NCBI GenBank assembly: GCA_034667685.1
Contig: JAXDQU010000091.1
Location: 1 to 18,039 of the forward strand
DNA length: 18,039 nt
DNA from: Thermoplasmata archaeon
Lineage (GTDB): Archaea; Thermoplasmatota; SW-10-69-26; JACQPN01; JAJPHT01
Reading direction: 5' to 3'
The notes beneath the pieces are model-generated. The model was not told the DNA's origin and did no database searches. It worked only from the letters and a program-made list of their open reading frames with translations. The position numbers and the translations under genes were made by a program. Shown piece by piece: positions 16,331 through 18,039 of the stretch. Each line of letters opens with the position of its first letter. Positions within the stretch are counted from its first letter, which is position 1.

Positions 16331-18004
16331 ATGCAGCAGGTTGTGCAGGACGAGCTTCACGAGATCGCGAGCCTTCCGTGGCCCCCGATGCGGCACGTGC
16401 GCCGCGGCATGGCGCGCCTCGACGAGCGGGGCCAGCGCCTCGTGGCGGGGAGGCTCCGCGCCGCGCTCGCGCAGTTCGAGCCGGCGCCCGGCGTGAACCG
16501 CGCCGCGTTGCGCCGCTTCTTCAGCTTCCTCTCGCAGGTCGAGGTCATCGCCATCGAGGTGCCGCTGTCGGCTCTGCCAACGGCGGCTCCCGAGGTCGTG
16601 CCGCTGCTGGAGCGCCAGCTCGCCGACGAGGTGTTCCACAGCACGGTCTTCGCGGCGCTCGCGCAGAAGCTCGGCGGCCTCGACGCGCCGATCCCCGAGG
16701 CGGAGCGCGTGCTCGACGAGATCCGCCAGCAGGAGGACCCCAAGACCACGGCCGTGCTGCTCAACCTCATCGCCGAAGGCTGGATCGAGAACCTCTTCGA
16801 CCAGGCCGTCGGGTGGGGCGCCGCGGACGAGGTCTTCCGCATCGTGCTGGAGGACGAGAGCCGGCACGTCGAGGAGGCGCACGCGCACGCCGAGGGGCTT
16901 GACATCACGCGGGTCGGCGCCGCGGTGCGCGAGTTCGAGGAGCAGCTCTTCCGCCTCTCGCAGCACCCGCGCGTGATGCTCCCGATCCTCGCGCTCGCGG
17001 GCGAGCAGCGCTTCCGCCAGCTCGCGCAGTCGTTCCTCGACACGCACAAGGCCGCGCTCGCCGAAGTGGGCCTGGAGATGGCGCCCGCGGTGAAGGAGAT
17101 GGAGGCGATCTTCGCCGAGATCGACACGACGCAGACGCTTCCTCCCGCGCGCGAGATCCCCTTCGACTCGCAGTGGCGCCGCACCGCGCTGGAGATCTGG
17201 GACACGCCGCGCAGCCCCGCGATGAGCGGCTGGTTCGAGGCGCGCGTCGACCACGTCCCGAAGCACCTGCTCACCGCGGTCATGGTCGCGGCGGTCGGAC
17301 AGGTGTACGCCGAGTTCCCGCGCGTCAACCGCTACGTGCAGGGCGGCAAGCTCTGGCAGCCCGCGACGGTCAACGTCGGCGTGCGCGCCGGGCTGGGCGA
17401 CCAGGGCGAGGCGCTCACCACCATCGTCGTGCCGCAGGCCGACAAGCGCAGCGTGGAGGACATCCGCCGCATCGTGCGCGAAGGCGTCGCCAACATGAAC
17501 GCGCTGGGCGCCGCGATCGCGCGCCCGCAGCCCGACGCCGAGCAGGAGCCCCTGCGCCACGTGCTGCGCGATGAGGAATTGGCCGGCATGCTCCCGCCCG
17601 GCAGCGTCGCCGCGCCCGTCACCGTGAGCAACGCGGGCAAGGTCGGCCTGCACGCGGGCTTCGGCGCGATGCCCGGCGCGCTGGGCCAGAGCCTGGAGAT
17701 CATCATCGGCCGCGTCGAGAAGAAGCCGCAGTGGACCGGCTGGCGTTACCGCCCCGTCGACACGATCGTCGTGGGCTGCACGGCCGACCACCGCGTCGTC
17801 GACGGCGCGCACACCGGCGAAGCGATGCGCCGTCTCCGCGAGGCCCTCTCGCCCGAAGGCGTGCAGAAGATCCTCGACCGCCCCGACACGCTCACCCCCG
17901 AGGAGCTGTCCCAGGTGGCGAAGGCGCAGCAGCAGGGCGCGATGCTCATGGCGTGCAAGGCGCCGTGGTATCTCGGGTGGCTCTGCTGGCTGTTCAAGAA
18001 GTGA
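16331..18004 (+). CDS. Fusion protein: N-terminal ferritin-like diiron domain plus C-terminal 2-oxoacid dehydrogenase E2/CAT-like acyltransferase catalytic domain
   Basis: Two E...ExxH repeats (QVE...DEVFH; IAE...DESRH). C-terminal VTVSNAG and DHRVVDG (17786-17806). No lipoyl domain. ATG 16331 is preferred because of the T-rich box at ~16300-16305. Confidence 0.82.
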   Translation: MQQVVQDELHEIASLPWPPMRHVRRGMARLDERGQRLVAGRLRAALAQFEPAPGVNRAALRRFFSFLSQVEVIAIEVPLSALPTAAPEVVPLLERQLADEVFHSTVFAALAQKLGGLDAPIPEAERVLDEIRQQEDPKTTAVLLNLIAEGWIENLFDQAVGWGAADEVFRIVLEDESRHVEEAHAHAEGLDITRVGAAVREFEEQLFRLSQHPRVMLPILALAGEQRFRQLAQSFLDTHKAALAEVGLEMAPAVKEMEAIFAEIDTTQTLPPAREIPFDSQWRRTALEIWDTPRSPAMSGWFEARVDHVPKHLLTAVMVAAVGQVYAEFPRVNRYVQGGKLWQPATVNVGVRAGLGDQGEALTTIVVPQADKRSVEDIRRIVREGVANMNALGAAIARPQPDAEQEPLRHVLRDEELAGMLPPGSVAAPVTVSNAGKVGLHAGFGAMPGALGQSLEIIIGRVEKKPQWTGWRYRPVDTIVVGCTADHRVVDGAHTGEAMRRLREALSPEGVQKILDRPDTLTPEELSQVAKAQQQGAMLMACKAPWYLGWLCWLFKK

Positions 18005-18005
18005 C

Positions 18006-18039
18006 GGAAAGAGGAAGCGGAATCGGAAGCGCCGCTTCC
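18006..18039. repeat. Truncated TTCCGA/GGAATC-family hairpin at the window end
   Basis: GGAAGCGGAATCGGAAG (18013-18029) is identical to 10698-10714. GGAAGCG-C-CGCTTCC (18025-18039) shows the turn of the hairpin. Confidence 0.8.

Noticed and set aside
16331-18004. Pyruvate/2-oxoglutarate dehydrogenase E2 subunit
   Set aside because: No lipoyl domain or lipoyl-Lys motif, no E3-binding domain, no E1/E3 neighbours, and the N-terminus is ferritin-like instead.
10621-18039. TTCCGA-family copies as ends of one 7.4-kb mobile element
   Set aside because: The interval contains core genes (rfcS, moaA), has no transposase/integrase or target-site duplication, and the right copy is truncated.

Overview
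High-GC archaeal genomic segment. RFC small subunit, archaeal-type MoaA, an MJ0761-like TatD hydrolase and DUF504 are present, and most genes have a short AT-rich box ~25-32 nt before the start codon. The proteins are not acidic, so a high-GC Thermoplasmatota-like lineage is more likely than haloarchaea (inference). About 22 densely packed CDSs: APC amino-acid permease, homocitrate/isopropylmalate-synthase-family enzyme, VapBC-type TA pair, TatD-like hydrolase, two tandem Asp-box lipoproteins, a Cys-rich secreted protein, rfcS, a SAM methyltransferase, moaA, an unannotated 46-aa C2H2-like zinc finger, an HxlR regulator, a YkgJ-family Cys-cluster protein, DUF504, and a ferritin-like diiron domain fused to an E2-type acyltransferase domain. 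The strongest non-coding signal is that almost every longer intergenic gap, and both window ends, holds a hairpin built from inverted arrays of 6-9-bp units. At least five unit families occur, and same-family copies bracket gene blocks. Around the methyltransferase, the arm-matching pattern fits a cassette inserted into the loop of a resident hairpin. No rRNA, tRNA, CRISPR array, transposase or integrase was recognised.
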